Shown here in pieces: positions 1 to 10,767 of a stretch of DNA of 64,000 nucleotides. The notes under the pieces are model-generated. The model saw only the letters and a list, made by a program, of their open reading frames with translations, was not told the DNA's origin and did not search any database. A program made the position numbers and the translations under genes. Source of the DNA: Vicinamibacterales bacterium (GTDB taxonomy: Bacteria > Acidobacteriota > Vicinamibacteria > Vicinamibacterales > CAVVIG01); NCBI GenBank assembly GCA_965197865.1, contig CBDANZ010000005.1, forward strand, positions 631,237-695,236. The letters run 5' to 3'. Positions within the stretch are counted from its first letter, which is position 1; each line of letters begins with the position of its first letter.

Positions 1-337
1 CGAATGATGCCCCGCTCAGCCGAGAGCAGCGGCCTCCGAGGACTCCGAGCCCCGGGCAGTCGGGAGCCTCGTCGCTCCCGTCGAACAGCCACTGCATCCC
101 AAGGCAGATGCCGAGGAGCGGGCGGCCTTCGCCGATGACACCGAGGATGGCATCGGTCCAGGCCCGGTCGATCGAGCGCGTCGAACCGAAATGACCGACG
201 CCGGGAACGATCACGCCACGGGCGCTGGCGAGCGCCGCAGGTGTCTCTGGCACGAGCACGTGGGCGCCGACGGCGGCGAGCGCCTTTCTTACCGACGTGA
301 GGTTGCCGGCTCCGTAGTCGATGAGGGTGATAGACAT
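1..337 (-). CDS. hisH: Imidazole glycerol phosphate synthase glutaminase subunit HisH (partial, runs off the window start)
   Basis: Manual minus-strand translation from ATG at 337: MSITLIDYGAGNLTSVRKAL...VPGVGHF...PLLGICLGMQWL (class I GATase motif GICLGMQ); directly downstream of hisB. Confidence 0.93.
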   Translation of the reverse strand, partial: MSITLIDYGAGNLTSVRKALAAVGAHVLVPETPAALASARGVIVPGVGHFGSTRSIDRAWTDAILGVIGEGRPLLGICLGMQWLFDGSDEAPDCPGLGVLGGRCSRLSGASF

Positions 338-371
338 TCGCGCTTTCCGCGGCGGCTCTGAAGAGACCGCC

Positions 372-959
372 TTACAACAGTCCCTTCGTGCTGGGTAGCA
401 TGCGCGCAAGCCGCTTGTCTTTCGCGCACGCCACCCGCAGCGCGCGCGCGAACGCCTTGAATACCGCTTCAATCTTGTGATGGCTGGATCGGCCGTACAT
501 CACTTTCACGTGCACATTGGCTCGCGCGCCGGAGGCGAACCCTTCAAAGAAATCCTGGACGAGCTCGGTCTGCAGATCGCCCACACGCGCGGCGGCGCCT
601 TTCAGATCGACCATCGTGTGCGGCCGCCCGCCGAGATCGATTGCAGCCACTGCCAGCGTCTCGTCCATCGGCATGACGAAGTACCCCGCGCGATTGATGC
701 CGCGCCGATCGCCGAGCGCCTTGGACACCGCTTCACCAAGCGCGATGCCGAGATCCTCGACCGTGTGATGCTGGTCCACGTCCAGATCGCCAGTCGCCTT
801 CACCGCGAGATCGAAGCCGCCATGCCGCGCGACGAGCTCGAGCATGTGATCAAGGAAACGGATCCCGGTTGACACGCGGTAGCGGCCCCTACCTCCGAGC
901 GTGATCGACAGCGCGATCGCCGTCTCCGTCGTCCGGCGATCGATCACTGCGCGGCGCAC
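372..959 (-). CDS. hisB: Imidazoleglycerol-phosphate dehydratase (monofunctional)
   Basis: Motifs [31 protein letters not shown]; his operon context. Confidence 0.97.
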   Translation of the reverse strand: MRRAVIDRRTTETAIALSITLGGRGRYRVSTGIRFLDHMLELVARHGGFDLAVKATGDLDVDQHHTVEDLGIALGEAVSKALGDRRGINRAGYFVMPMDETLAVAAIDLGGRPHTMVDLKGAAARVGDLQTELVQDFFEGFASGARANVHVKVMYGRSSHHKIEAVFKAFARALRVACAKDKRLARMLPSTKGLL

Positions 960-1987
960 AGGACCTCTTCCAGAACCTTGAAGGCACGCCGCGTGTGTTC
1001 CACGATGCCGGCGGTCATCCGAATGCAGCCGGCGCAGCCTGGCTCGCCCGCTCGATCGCGCAGGTACACGCCGAGGGCCGCGGCCGAGCTCACGAGTTGC
1101 TCGGTGTGATCGCCAGTGCGAATGAGCACGAAATTCGCGTCACTCTTCCAATACTCGAGGCCTAGCCGGTCACAGGCGGCATACACGATCGCCTTCGATT
1201 CCCTCACCTGTCGCAGGTAGTCTTCGAAGTGGCCGCGGTCCTGAAGCGCCGCCTGAATCGCGACAACAGCCGCGATGTTGACGCTGTAGACGCCGATGGC
1301 GCGGCGAACCGGATCGAGCACGGTGGGAACGCCGACTAAAGTGCCCAGGCGCAGGCCGGCCAGGCCGTACGCTTTCGCAAACGTGCGCCCTACGATGACA
1401 TTGTGATAGCTCGTGAGCTCGGGAACGAACGTGGTCTCCGCGAAATCCGCGTACGCCTCGTCGACAAATACAACAGCACCCGGCGGTACCTGACGCGCGA
1501 TCGTCATGATGGCGTCGCTCGGCATCGAAATGCCGGTTGGGTTGTTCGGGTTCGTGAGAAAGACGATCCGTGTATTCGGCGTGATCGCCGCCAGCACCTC
1601 GTCGAGCGCGAAGGCGAAGTCCGGTCTCGGTGCGACAGAGACGGTGCGTCCTCCAACGACCGAGGCATTGAGCTCGAACATGTCGAACGCAGGTTGCGGG
1701 ACGACGACTTCGGGAACGGAGCCGTCGGCGAGCGCACGTAGATATACGATCGCGACGGCCATGATGCCTTCGTCGAGGCCGTTGGTCAGGGCAAGCCGGT
1801 CGGGCCCGACGCCGAGGTGACGGGCGCAGGCCCCAACGGCATCCTTGTACGGCGGATAGAAGCCGATTTGATTGGCGCGAAGCGACGCCAGCGCGGCGAG
1901 CACCCGCGGCGAGCACCCGCCAGTGTTCTCGTTTTGATGCAGCCGCAGCCCGTCGTACAGCTCGGGCGGCTTGTCGTAGTCACTCAT
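944..1987 (-). CDS. hisC: Histidinol-phosphate aminotransferase
   Basis: [33 protein letters not shown] (PLP lysine motif); between hisD and hisB. Confidence 0.95.
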   Translation of the reverse strand: MSDYDKPPELYDGLRLHQNENTGGCSPRVLAALASLRANQIGFYPPYKDAVGACARHLGVGPDRLALTNGLDEGIMAVAIVYLRALADGSVPEVVVPQPAFDMFELNASVVGGRTVSVAPRPDFAFALDEVLAAITPNTRIVFLTNPNNPTGISMPSDAIMTIARQVPPGAVVFVDEAYADFAETTFVPELTSYHNVIVGRTFAKAYGLAGLRLGTLVGVPTVLDPVRRAIGVYSVNIAAVVAIQAALQDRGHFEDYLRQVRESKAIVYAACDRLGLEYWKSDANFVLIRTGDHTEQLVSSAAALGVYLRDRAGEPGCAGCIRMTAGIVEHTRRAFKVLEEVLCAAQ

Positions 1988-3231
1988 GACAGACGAACCT
2001 CGATCGATTCGGCGTGCGCGCGCAACCCTTCGGCGCGCGCCAGCGTCAAAATGGTCGGCGCCAGCCTCGCAAGACCGTCGCGCGTGATGCGCTGCACCGC
2101 CATCACCCGCACGAAATCGGCGGCGGAGAGACCGCCGCGGAAGCGGGCGGCCCCGGCAGTGGGCAGCACGTGATTCGATCCGGTGGCGTAGTCACCCGCG
2201 GCCTGAGCCGTGAAGGGTCCGACGAACACCGAGCCGGCTGTGATTGGGCGCCGTACGAGCCCCTCATCGTCGACCACCAAGTGTTCGGGGGCGATCCGGT
2301 TGGCGAGCGCCATCGCCTCGTCGACGGTTCGCGTGACAATCGCGGCGCCGTGCGCGGAGAGTGACCGCCGAACGACGTCGTGTCCCGCGGCCTTCCTGGC
2401 GACGATCTTCGCCACGCGGGCGGCCAGATCGCGGTTCCAGGTGATGAAGATGGACCGCGCGTCTGGGTCGTGCTCGGCCTGCGCGACAAGATCGGCGGCA
2501 ATCCAGCGTGCGTGGGCTTTCCGCGCGGTTCCCGAGACGACAACGATTTCTGTCGGGCCGGCGTAGAAATCAATGGCGCAGTCGCCAGAAACCCGCGCCT
2601 TTGACGTGGCGACCCAGCGGCTGCCAGGACCGACGATCTTGTCCACCCGCGGAATGGTCTTCGTGCCGTAGGCGAGCGCCGCCACCGCGTGCGCCCCACC
2701 GACGCGGAAGAGCCGTGTGACGCCGGCTTCGAGCGCGGCCGCCATCACCACCGGTTCAGGTCGTGGACACACGACGATGATCTCGCGAACGCCCGCCACG
2801 CGCGCGGGAACCGCAGTCATCAACAGCGATGACGGCAAAGGAAAGCGGCCGCCTGGAACGCAGCAGCCGACACGCCCGATCGGCTCGACACGCTGTTCGA
2901 CCGTGACGCCGGACGCGACCTCGAGGTTCCAGTGCTTGGGGATCTGCCGAAAGGCCACGCGCGCGATGCTCCGGGCCGCCCGACGAATGGCGCGGCGGAC
3001 GTCGGAGGGCACCTGCGACGCGCCGGCCCGTATTTCGTCCGCAGAGACTTCGAGTGGAGGCGATACGCCGTCGAACCGGCTGGCAAACCGGATGAGCGCG
3101 GCGTCGCCCTCCTTTCGGACGCGCTCGACGATCGCGGCCACTCTCCGGTCGAACGCGCGATCAGCCCCAGGGGCGCGCGCCAGTGCGCGCTCGAGCGCCT
3201 GGCGGTTCCGTGCGTCGATGATTCGGAGCAT
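1984..3231 (-). CDS. hisD: Histidinol dehydrogenase
   Basis: VPGGRFPLPSS, KIVGPG, AQAEHD, APEHL, DYATGSNHVLPT; start taken at MLRIIDARN (ATG 3231) because the upstream part of the track ORF overlaps hisG. Confidence 0.96.
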   Translation of the reverse strand: MLRIIDARNRQALERALARAPGADRAFDRRVAAIVERVRKEGDAALIRFASRFDGVSPPLEVSADEIRAGASQVPSDVRRAIRRAARSIARVAFRQIPKHWNLEVASGVTVEQRVEPIGRVGCCVPGGRFPLPSSLLMTAVPARVAGVREIIVVCPRPEPVVMAAALEAGVTRLFRVGGAHAVAALAYGTKTIPRVDKIVGPGSRWVATSKARVSGDCAIDFYAGPTEIVVVSGTARKAHARWIAADLVAQAEHDPDARSIFITWNRDLAARVAKIVARKAAGHDVVRRSLSAHGAAIVTRTVDEAMALANRIAPEHLVVDDEGLVRRPITAGSVFVGPFTAQAAGDYATGSNHVLPTAGAARFRGGLSAADFVRVMAVQRITRDGLARLAPTILTLARAEGLRAHAESIEVRLS

Positions 3232-3233
3232 AG

Positions 3234-4121
3234 CTAGAGCACGATCTTGTTGAGCGGGTACTCGACGATCCCCTGGACGCGCGCGATCTTCAGGCGCGGA
3301 ATCAGATCGCGTACCGTGCGCTCTTCGATGATCGTGTTCACGGCCACCCATTCCTCGTCGCTGAGGGCCGAAATCGTCGGGCGCTGGAGCGCGGGCAGGA
3401 GCGACAGGACGCCGGCCAGATCCGCGCGCCGGACGTTCAGCATCAACCCCACGCGTCCCTGCGCCTCGATGGCCGCCTTGAGCAGGAGCGCGACGCCATC
3501 GAGCTTCGTCCGTTTCCAGGTATTTCCGAGCGCAGTCCGGTTCACGATGAGCTGCGTGCTCGATTCCATCACCGTATCGAGGCTCTGCAGGCGGTTCGCG
3601 CGCAGCGTCGAACCGGTTTCCGTCGCCTCCACAATCGCGTCGGCTAGGACCGGCGGCTTTACCTCCGTGGAGCCCCACGAGAACTCGACGTTGACCTTCA
3701 CCTTCTTCCTCTCGAAGTACCGCCGAGTGACCCGCACGAGCTCGGTGGCGATCGTCTTGCCTTCGAGGTCGGCCGCCGACCTGATCGATGAATCCTCTGG
3801 AGCGGCCAGCACCCACCGAACCGTGCCGAAGCTCTGCTTCGCGTACACTAGGTCGGCGATAGGTTCGACGACGCCGATCGTGCCGTCGCCGAGCTCGTGC
3901 TCGAGGATCCAGTCTTGACCGGTCAGGCCGGCGTCGAGCACGCCGTCCGACACGTGGCGCGCCATCTCCTGGGCACGAATGAGCATGCACTCGATCTCGG
4001 GATCGTCGATGGTCGGAAAATACGACCGCGAGCTCACGTGGATGTTGAACCCCGCGCGCGCGAAGAGCTGAATCGTCGCGTCCTGCAGGGAACCTTTCGG
4101 TATGCCGAGCTTGAGTTTCAT
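3234..4121 (-). CDS. hisG: ATP phosphoribosyltransferase, long form with C-terminal regulatory domain
   Basis: [40 protein letters not shown]-terminal PTIS...VEYP domain. Confidence 0.96.
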   Translation of the reverse strand: MKLKLGIPKGSLQDATIQLFARAGFNIHVSSRSYFPTIDDPEIECMLIRAQEMARHVSDGVLDAGLTGQDWILEHELGDGTIGVVEPIADLVYAKQSFGTVRWVLAAPEDSSIRSAADLEGKTIATELVRVTRRYFERKKVKVNVEFSWGSTEVKPPVLADAIVEATETGSTLRANRLQSLDTVMESSTQLIVNRTALGNTWKRTKLDGVALLLKAAIEAQGRVGLMLNVRRADLAGVLSLLPALQRPTISALSDEEWVAVNTIIEERTVRDLIPRLKIARVQGIVEYPLNKIVL

Positions 4122-4131
4122 GACAAGAGCC

Positions 4132-4470
4132 CTACCGTGTCTTCCGTGGTAAACCGTCGTTTGGCAGCGCACGATAGAAGCACGAACGCTCGCCCGTATG
4201 ACACACTATTCCGTCACCCAGCCGTTTCACCTTCACGAGCACCGAATCATCGTCGCAATCGATGAGCATCTCGACCACCTGAAGGCGGTTCCCCGACGTC
4301 TCGCCCTTGGTCCACAGCTTGTGGCGCGTCCGGCTGAAAAATGTGGCGAAGCCAGTCCGCTTCGTCAGCTCGAGCGCTTCTTCTGTCATGAAACCGACCA
4401 TCAACACCTCGGCGCTTTCGGCGTCCTGAATGACGGCCGGAATCAACCCCTCGAGTTTCGAGAAGTCCAT
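4132..4470 (-). CDS. hisI: Phosphoribosyl-AMP cyclohydrolase (HisI only, no HisE domain)
   Basis: [30 protein letters not shown]; start MDFSK at 4470, just after the attenuator. Confidence 0.95.
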   Translation of the reverse strand: MDFSKLEGLIPAVIQDAESAEVLMVGFMTEEALELTKRTGFATFFSRTRHKLWTKGETSGNRLQVVEMLIDCDDDSVLVKVKRLGDGIVCHTGERSCFYRALPNDGLPRKTR

Positions 4471-4486
4471 GAAAATCACCTGAAAC

Positions 4487-4522
4487 AAAAAAACCCGCCG
4501 CGTTGATGAACGGGGCGGGTTT
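4487..4522 (-). terminator. Intrinsic terminator (his attenuator terminator)
   Basis: Minus strand AAACCCGCC-c-CGTT-catc-AACG-c-GGCGGGTTT running into a 7-T tract; lies just upstream of the hisI start. Confidence 0.85.
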
Positions 4523-4561
4523 GCCGTCTTGCCGAAGGTTACCGGTCGATCTTACATCACC

Positions 4562-4630
4562 CTACATCACGCGCAACCCCGCCCCGTTGGGGCTGAAATG
4601 ACGGTGCGCATGATGGCCGCAAGCAAACAT
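4562..4630 (-). CDS. hisL: His operon leader peptide MFACGHHAHRHFSPNGAGLRVM
   Basis: 22-codon ORF with 4 His codons (positions 6, 7, 9, 11), upstream of the terminator; contains a segment complementary to the terminator 5' arm. Confidence 0.85.
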   Translation of the reverse strand: MFACGHHAHRHFSPNGAGLRVM

Positions 4631-4672
4631 GACAGCGTTGAGCCTACCCGTACCGGCTCGCCCCTGTCAATT

Positions 4673-5122
4673 TCACACCGGGGACCTGGCTCCCCGGGTC
4701 TTGCGCGTCATCTCTTTCGCAATCATCACTTCGGTCGATTTGATGATCGCGAGCGCCTCGTCGCCGCGGCGGAGTTTGAGTTCGCTCACGGCGTCCTTCG
4801 TAATGATCGCCGTCAGCGACTGATCGCCGACCCGCAGCCTGATCTGGGCGAGCAGCCCGTCGATGCGCACTTCTTCCACGAACCCGCGGAGCTGGTTCCG
4901 GCCGCTCAGCGACACAATCACGCCACGCGGCGTTCGCTTCCGTTTCGGCGTCCCGGCTACGCCGCGCCGGGCCAGCAGTCGATCGAGCTCCGTTTCGGCG
5001 ATCCGGTGGTGACCGCCTGGAGTCTGCGTCGTACGGACACGGCCCTGGTAGATCCACTGCTTGAGCGTGGAGTACCCGACGCCGAGGCGCACGGCCGCGT
5101 CCCGTACCGTGAGATTTACCAT
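4673..5122 (-). CDS. Molybdate-responsive regulator: excisionase/MerR-like HTH plus TOBE (Mop) domain
   Basis: LTVRDAAVRLGVGYSTLKQWI...TPGGHHRI HTH; SGRNQLRG, AIIKSTEVMI Mop motif; divergent from modABC. Confidence 0.88.
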   Translation of the reverse strand: MVNLTVRDAAVRLGVGYSTLKQWIYQGRVRTTQTPGGHHRIAETELDRLLARRGVAGTPKRKRTPRGVIVSLSGRNQLRGFVEEVRIDGLLAQIRLRVGDQSLTAIITKDAVSELKLRRGDEALAIIKSTEVMIAKEMTRKTRGARSPV

Positions 5123-5154
5123 TCCGGCTTGAGTCGGCTAATAAAATCGACTCT

Positions 5155-5177
5155 AATTATATTAAATAGGATATACG
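5155..5177. promoter_or_regulatory. ModE-box-like AT-rich operator between the regulator and modA
   Basis: TATAT-taaatag-GATAT-ACG matches the TATAT-N7-TAYAT spacing of the ModE box with 1 mismatch; adjacent inverted repeat GAGTCG-N11-CGACTC at 5131-5153. Confidence 0.55.
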
Positions 5178-5179
5178 TT

Positions 5180-6043
5180 GTGAAGCAGGCTTTGCTCATC
5201 ACAGTAATTGCGATGGCGGCGCTTCTACCTGTCGGGCCCGGATGTCGCCCCAGGCAGGATCCCGCTGCGGTATCGATCGCCGCAGCCGCCGACCTGCGGT
5301 ACGGGCTCGACGAGCTCGTAGGCGAGTTCAGGACCGAGCACCCGGAAGTCAATATCTCGGTCACGTACGGATCGTCGGGGAATTTCTATGCCCAGCTCCT
5401 GCGCGGCGCTCCGTTCGACCTGTTTCTGTCGGCCGACGTCGCATATCCTCGCCAGTTGGCCGACCGCGGTCTCATCGTCCCGGAGTCCGAATTCAGCTAT
5501 GCCGAAGGTCGAATCGTCGTCTGGACGCTGGCGTCGTCGTCGCCGTTCAGCGTCGAGGCGCTCGGACTCCAAGCTTTGGCGGACCCCTCCGTGACGCGCA
5601 TCGCGATCGCGAACCCGGAGCATGCCCCGTACGGCCGGGCAGCAGAGGCCGCCATACGGAAGGCGGGCCTGCTCGACCTTGTCAGGCCGAAGCTGGTGTT
5701 CGGCGAGAACGTTTCGCAGACGCTGCAGTTCGTGCAGAGCGGCTCGGCTGAGGTTGGGATCGTGGCGCTCTCGCTGGCGCTTGCGCCGCGGGTGGCAGCA
5801 GAGGGCCGCTATTGGCTCGTTCCCTCCGATCTGCACCCGCGAATTGAGCAAGGGGGAGCCATCATGCGCTCGGCCAAGAATCTAGAAGTCGCGCGGGCAT
5901 TTCGCGCCTTCCTGCTCAACCCAGAAGGGCGGGCGCTGCTCCAACGATACGGGTTTTCGACGCCCAACCTCGAGTTTCGGGCGCCGGAGGTCGGGGTCCG
6001 AACGCCCGACCTCACCCCCGGGCCTGCTGCGACGGGACCGTGA
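5180..6043 (+). CDS. modA: Molybdate ABC transporter substrate-binding protein (lipoprotein-like N-terminus)
   Basis: IAAAADL, YGSSGNFYAQ, APFDLFLSAD, IANPEHAPYG, GENVSQ; GTG start at 5180 inferred. Confidence 0.93.
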   Translation: MKQALLITVIAMAALLPVGPGCRPRQDPAAVSIAAAADLRYGLDELVGEFRTEHPEVNISVTYGSSGNFYAQLLRGAPFDLFLSADVAYPRQLADRGLIVPESEFSYAEGRIVVWTLASSSPFSVEALGLQALADPSVTRIAIANPEHAPYGRAAEAAIRKAGLLDLVRPKLVFGENVSQTLQFVQSGSAEVGIVALSLALAPRVAAEGRYWLVPSDLHPRIEQGGAIMRSAKNLEVARAFRAFLLNPEGRALLQRYGFSTPNLEFRAPEVGVRTPDLTPGPAATGP

Positions 6044-6723
6044 CATCTATGGACTGGACCGCGCTCGAAGTCAGCGCCCGTCTTGCTGTTGCGACGATGG
6101 TCGTCCTGCTGGTGATTGGTGTGCCGATCTCGTATTGGCTGGCATTTTCGACGTGGCGCTGGAAGTTTCTCGTCGAGGCCGTCGTGGCCCTCCCGCTCGT
6201 CTTGCCCCCGACGGTGCTCGGGTTCTACATCCTCATCGCGATCGGTCCCGCCAGCCCGGTCGGCCTGCTCTACGGCAGCTTCGCGGGACAGGTGCTGCCG
6301 TTCACATTCGAGGGACTGCTGGTCGCGTCGGTCCTCTACAGCCTTCCTTTTGCGGTGCAGCCTTTCGCAGCGGCGTTTTCCGCCGTCGACAGACGTTTGC
6401 TTGAAGCGTCGTGGTCCCTCGGCATCTCGCGCGGCGTCACGTTCAAACGGGTGGTGATGCCTCTCTCGCGCCGAGGGCTGGTCACCGGGATGGTGCTCAG
6501 CTTCGCGCACACACTGGGCGAGTTCGGCGTCGTGCTCATGGTGGGCGGCAACCGGCCGGGCGTCACGCGAACGATCTCGGTGTCCATCTACGACAGCGTG
6601 CAGGCGCTCGACTATGCCACCGCGTGGCACACGTCGCTGCTGCTCCTCGTGGTGTCGTTCGTCCTCCTCGCCGTGACCTACTCGCTGCAGAAGACGGTCT
6701 GGGCTGTATGGCCGATGAGCTAG
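6040..6723 (+). CDS. modB: Molybdate ABC transporter permease
   Basis: LPLVLPPTVLGFY, EASWSLG, FAHTLGEFGVVLMVGGN. Confidence 0.95.
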   Translation: MTSMDWTALEVSARLAVATMVVLLVIGVPISYWLAFSTWRWKFLVEAVVALPLVLPPTVLGFYILIAIGPASPVGLLYGSFAGQVLPFTFEGLLVASVLYSLPFAVQPFAAAFSAVDRRLLEASWSLGISRGVTFKRVVMPLSRRGLVTGMVLSFAHTLGEFGVVLMVGGNRPGVTRTISVSIYDSVQALDYATAWHTSLLLLVVSFVLLAVTYSLQKTVWAVWPMS

Positions 6724-7799
6724 TCGTCAGCATCACCAAGCGGTTTGGAAGCGGCGCGACCGTGACCGCAGACCTCCAGGTGTCGATGCGCCCAGGCTCG
6801 ATTGTCGTGCTGTTCGGGCCGTCCGGCTCGGGCAAGACGACGCTCGTTCGAGCCGTCGCCGGGCTCGAGCGGCCCGACGCCGGGACGATTCGCTTCGCGG
6901 GCGAGACGTGGTTCGACGCCGGCTCGTCGACCTTTGTCGGACCCGAGCGCCGCCGGGTCGGCTACGTCTTCCAGGAGGCGGCGCTGTTCCCGCACCTGAC
7001 CGTGCGCGCCAACATCGAGTACGGCGTCAACACCCGGGACGCCGGCGCCGTGGCGCGGGCCGGCGAGCTCGTCGACATGCTCGCGCTACCCGATTTGGCA
7101 GACCGCTACCCGCGGCAACTGTCCGGCGGCCAGGCCGAGCGCGTGGCGCTCGCGCGGGCGCTGGCGTCCAGCCCGCGACTGCTCCTGCTCGACGAGCCGT
7201 TTGCGGCCCTGGACACGCCGGCCCGGATGGACCTGCGGCGCCTGCTGCGCGCGTCGGTCGAGCGGCTCGGGATCGCGGCGGTGCTCGTCACGCACGATCG
7301 CACCGAAGCCATCGCTCTTGGCGATCTCATGGCCGTGCTCGCTTGCGGACGCGTCAGACAGGTAGGATCGGTACTTGACGTCGTTCGCCGTCCGGCCGAT
7401 TTCGTGGTCGCACGATCGGTCGGCGTCGAGTCGGTCGTGCCGGCGCGCATCGTCGGCGAGGCGGACGGCCTCGTGGAGCTTCGTATCGGCCCCGCGACGC
7501 TCAGGGCCGTGGACGCCGAGTGGAAACACGATGAAAAGGACGTATTTGCGTGCATTCGAGCGGAGGATGTCACCCTGGAGCGGACGGCCACCCGGAACGC
7601 GAGTGCCCGGAATCATCTGTCCGCCCGGATCCTCAACATGGAATCGGACGGACCGCTCGAGCGGGTGACGCTCGACTGCGGGTTCCCGCTGGCCGCGCTG
7701 ATTACCCGTCAGGCCAGAGAAGAGATGGCGCTCGCCGAGGGCGAGACCGTCGTGGCGGTTGTGAAAGCCACGGCGGTGCACCTCGTGCCGAAGATGTAG
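6708..7799 (+). CDS. modC: Molybdate ABC transporter ATP-binding protein with C-terminal TOBE domains
   Basis: Walker A GPSGSGKT, LSGGQ, LLLLDEPF, C-terminal ARN and VKAT Mop motifs; start MADELVV at 6708. Confidence 0.93.
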   Translation: MADELVVSITKRFGSGATVTADLQVSMRPGSIVVLFGPSGSGKTTLVRAVAGLERPDAGTIRFAGETWFDAGSSTFVGPERRRVGYVFQEAALFPHLTVRANIEYGVNTRDAGAVARAGELVDMLALPDLADRYPRQLSGGQAERVALARALASSPRLLLLDEPFAALDTPARMDLRRLLRASVERLGIAAVLVTHDRTEAIALGDLMAVLACGRVRQVGSVLDVVRRPADFVVARSVGVESVVPARIVGEADGLVELRIGPATLRAVDAEWKHDEKDVFACIRAEDVTLERTATRNASARNHLSARILNMESDGPLERVTLDCGFPLAALITRQAREEMALAEGETVVAVVKATAVHLVPKM

Positions 7800-7806
7800 G
7801 CTGGGT

Positions 7807-7917
7807 GTGCTTCCCATAGCGACCTCGGACGCTCCCGTCTTCATCGCCCGAGGCCTGACCAAGGTCTACGAGATGGGCGAAGTCACGGTCGAGGCGCTTC
7901 GCGGGATCGACTTCGAT
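7807..7917 (+). pseudogene. N-terminal remnant of a LolD/MacB-type ABC ATPase
   Basis: ARGLTKVYEMGEVTVEALRGIDFD, then an abrupt in-frame junction to an unrelated signal peptide. Confidence 0.7.
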
Positions 7918-8301
7918 ATGCGTAAGCTCCTTGCAGCGTTAGTGGCGGTCGCGTTCGTTGCGGCTTTGGGCGTTCCTGCCGTCGCGGCGGCGGAAACCAT
8001 CACGGGCAAGCTTATCGATCAGGGCTGCTACTTGAAAGACAAGGTGAACAACACCGGCGTCGACCACAAGATGCCGGCCGACATGGCGGGCTGCGCCGTC
8101 ATGTGCGCGAAGAAGGGCATGCCGCTGGCGCTGCTCACGACCCACGGCAAGGTCTACACTATCAAGGGCGGGTCTGGCGGCCGACAACAACGCCAAGTTC
8201 GTGGGCACATGGCGCACACCGTCTCGATCACCGGGGATGTGATGACCGCAGCGGGTGCGAGGTCGATCACGGCCGATGATCTGAAGATGGTCTCCAGGTA
8301 A
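7918..8301 (+). CDS. Small secreted Cys/His-containing hypothetical protein, with an apparent short double-frameshift segment
   Basis: Signal peptide MRKLLAALVAVAF...AVAAA; ITGKLIDQGCY, CAVMCAKKGMP; around 8170-8205 an alternative frame reads GLAADNNAKFVG. Confidence 0.6.
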   Translation: MRKLLAALVAVAFVAALGVPAVAAAETITGKLIDQGCYLKDKVNNTGVDHKMPADMAGCAVMCAKKGMPLALLTTHGKVYTIKGGSGGRQQRQVRGHMAHTVSITGDVMTAAGARSITADDLKMVSR

Positions 8302-8425
8302 GAGCTGGAAACCATTTCGTAACCCTTGGCAGGGTCAGCCTTTTCGCGGATCTGCCACCCCAGCGCGGCTGCCGCGCTGGGGGCCCTGGCTCCTTGGCCG
8401 GCTGTCAAGAGTCGTGAAAGGGCCG

Positions 8426-9925
<1,500 letters not shown>

Positions 9926-9930
9926 GCCAC

Positions 9931-10662
9931 TTAGAATAGACGCCTTTTCGCCTTACTGCAAAGGAGCCTCTTAGACCACTTCTTGGCGAGTGAGTCGAGA
10001 CCGGCGCGCCCGAGCTCCTCCGAGCTCATAACAACGTGAAACTGGACGTCGGCATCAAACCGCATCGTCTCGCTGCTTGCGGGAACCGGAGTTCGATTGA
10101 AAGGAGCACGTCGAAACGATCCGCGTCGATTTGCGCCGCCCCGAGTTCGGCGTCGGCCGCCCGACTTTCCGACTGCGTCATGGCGAGCTCGGCGTCTGCG
10201 TGGCGCGGATCCTCGGGCCGCGCGCCCGCCCGGCGCAGCCGAAACTGGGCATCGGCCGCGCTCCGCGCGGGGCAGCACCCGCCGCACGCCGCCGGCACTA
10301 TCGCCAGGGGGAATTTCGGCGCCGTCAAACGGATTCCTGCACGGAGTACATGCTGAAGGCCTCGATTCCGCGGTGGCGCCGCACGCAAGCGCGTGGTGCA
10401 TCGTCTCCTGGACATGCTGGACGAACGCGTCGGGGGTAGGCGATGCGATATCGGCCGGATGCTGCGCCGCCATCTCCCGGCGAATCGGGGCGCCCACAAG
10501 GTACACGACGATAGGCGGGAGCATGCTGAAATAGGCGGCAAGCGGATGAACCTTTCGGAAGGCCTTCAGGTCCACGCGCGCTCCGGCGTAGCCGCGGGCG
10601 GAGGACTCGACGGCGGCGGCCGCCAGGATGCGGTCTAGCGAGACTCTGGCCGGGCGGGCCAT
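9931..10662 (-). pseudogene. Collapsed TetR-family regulator plus HlyD-like efflux adaptor remnant
   Basis: RILAAAAVESSARGYAGARVD stops before the HTH recognition helix and joins TetR C-terminal-like sequence; another frame gives a coiled-coil piece ADAELAMTQSESRAADAELGAAQIDADRFDVLL. Confidence 0.6.
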
Positions 10663-10665
10663 AGA

Positions 10666-10686
10666 AATTAATATAGTTCGTTAATT
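10666..10686. promoter_or_regulatory. TetR-type palindromic operator
   Basis: AATTAA-N9-TTAATT directly upstream of the TetR start codon; TTGACA on the minus strand at 10705-10710. Confidence 0.55.
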
Positions 10687-10767
10687 GCAACGTCGGGGCG
10701 GTCCTGTCAAGGCGCCATGGATCGAGCAGGCGGCACAGGTCTGGGATCCTCGGGGGGGGAGTGAATC

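Noticed and set aside
1984-4172. Long N-terminal extensions in the ORF track (hisD 668 aa, modA 504 aa, modC 462 aa, SSS 620 aa, DUF5916 1183 aa)
   Set aside because: The extensions overlap neighbouring genes or lack family similarity; they are open-frame artefacts of high GC. Starts were reassigned.
4132-4470. Missing hisE as a novel pathway gap
   Set aside because: The operon continues beyond the window edge and hisE is often separate or fused elsewhere; it cannot be judged from this window.
9926-10040. Possible SAH riboswitch upstream of ahcY (GGAGGAGCTCGGG...)
   Set aside because: Lacks the GAGGAGCGYUGC...AGGCUCRG core and the pairing of the SAH riboswitch; the region reads as remnant coding sequence. 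An Infernal RF01057 scan would settle it.
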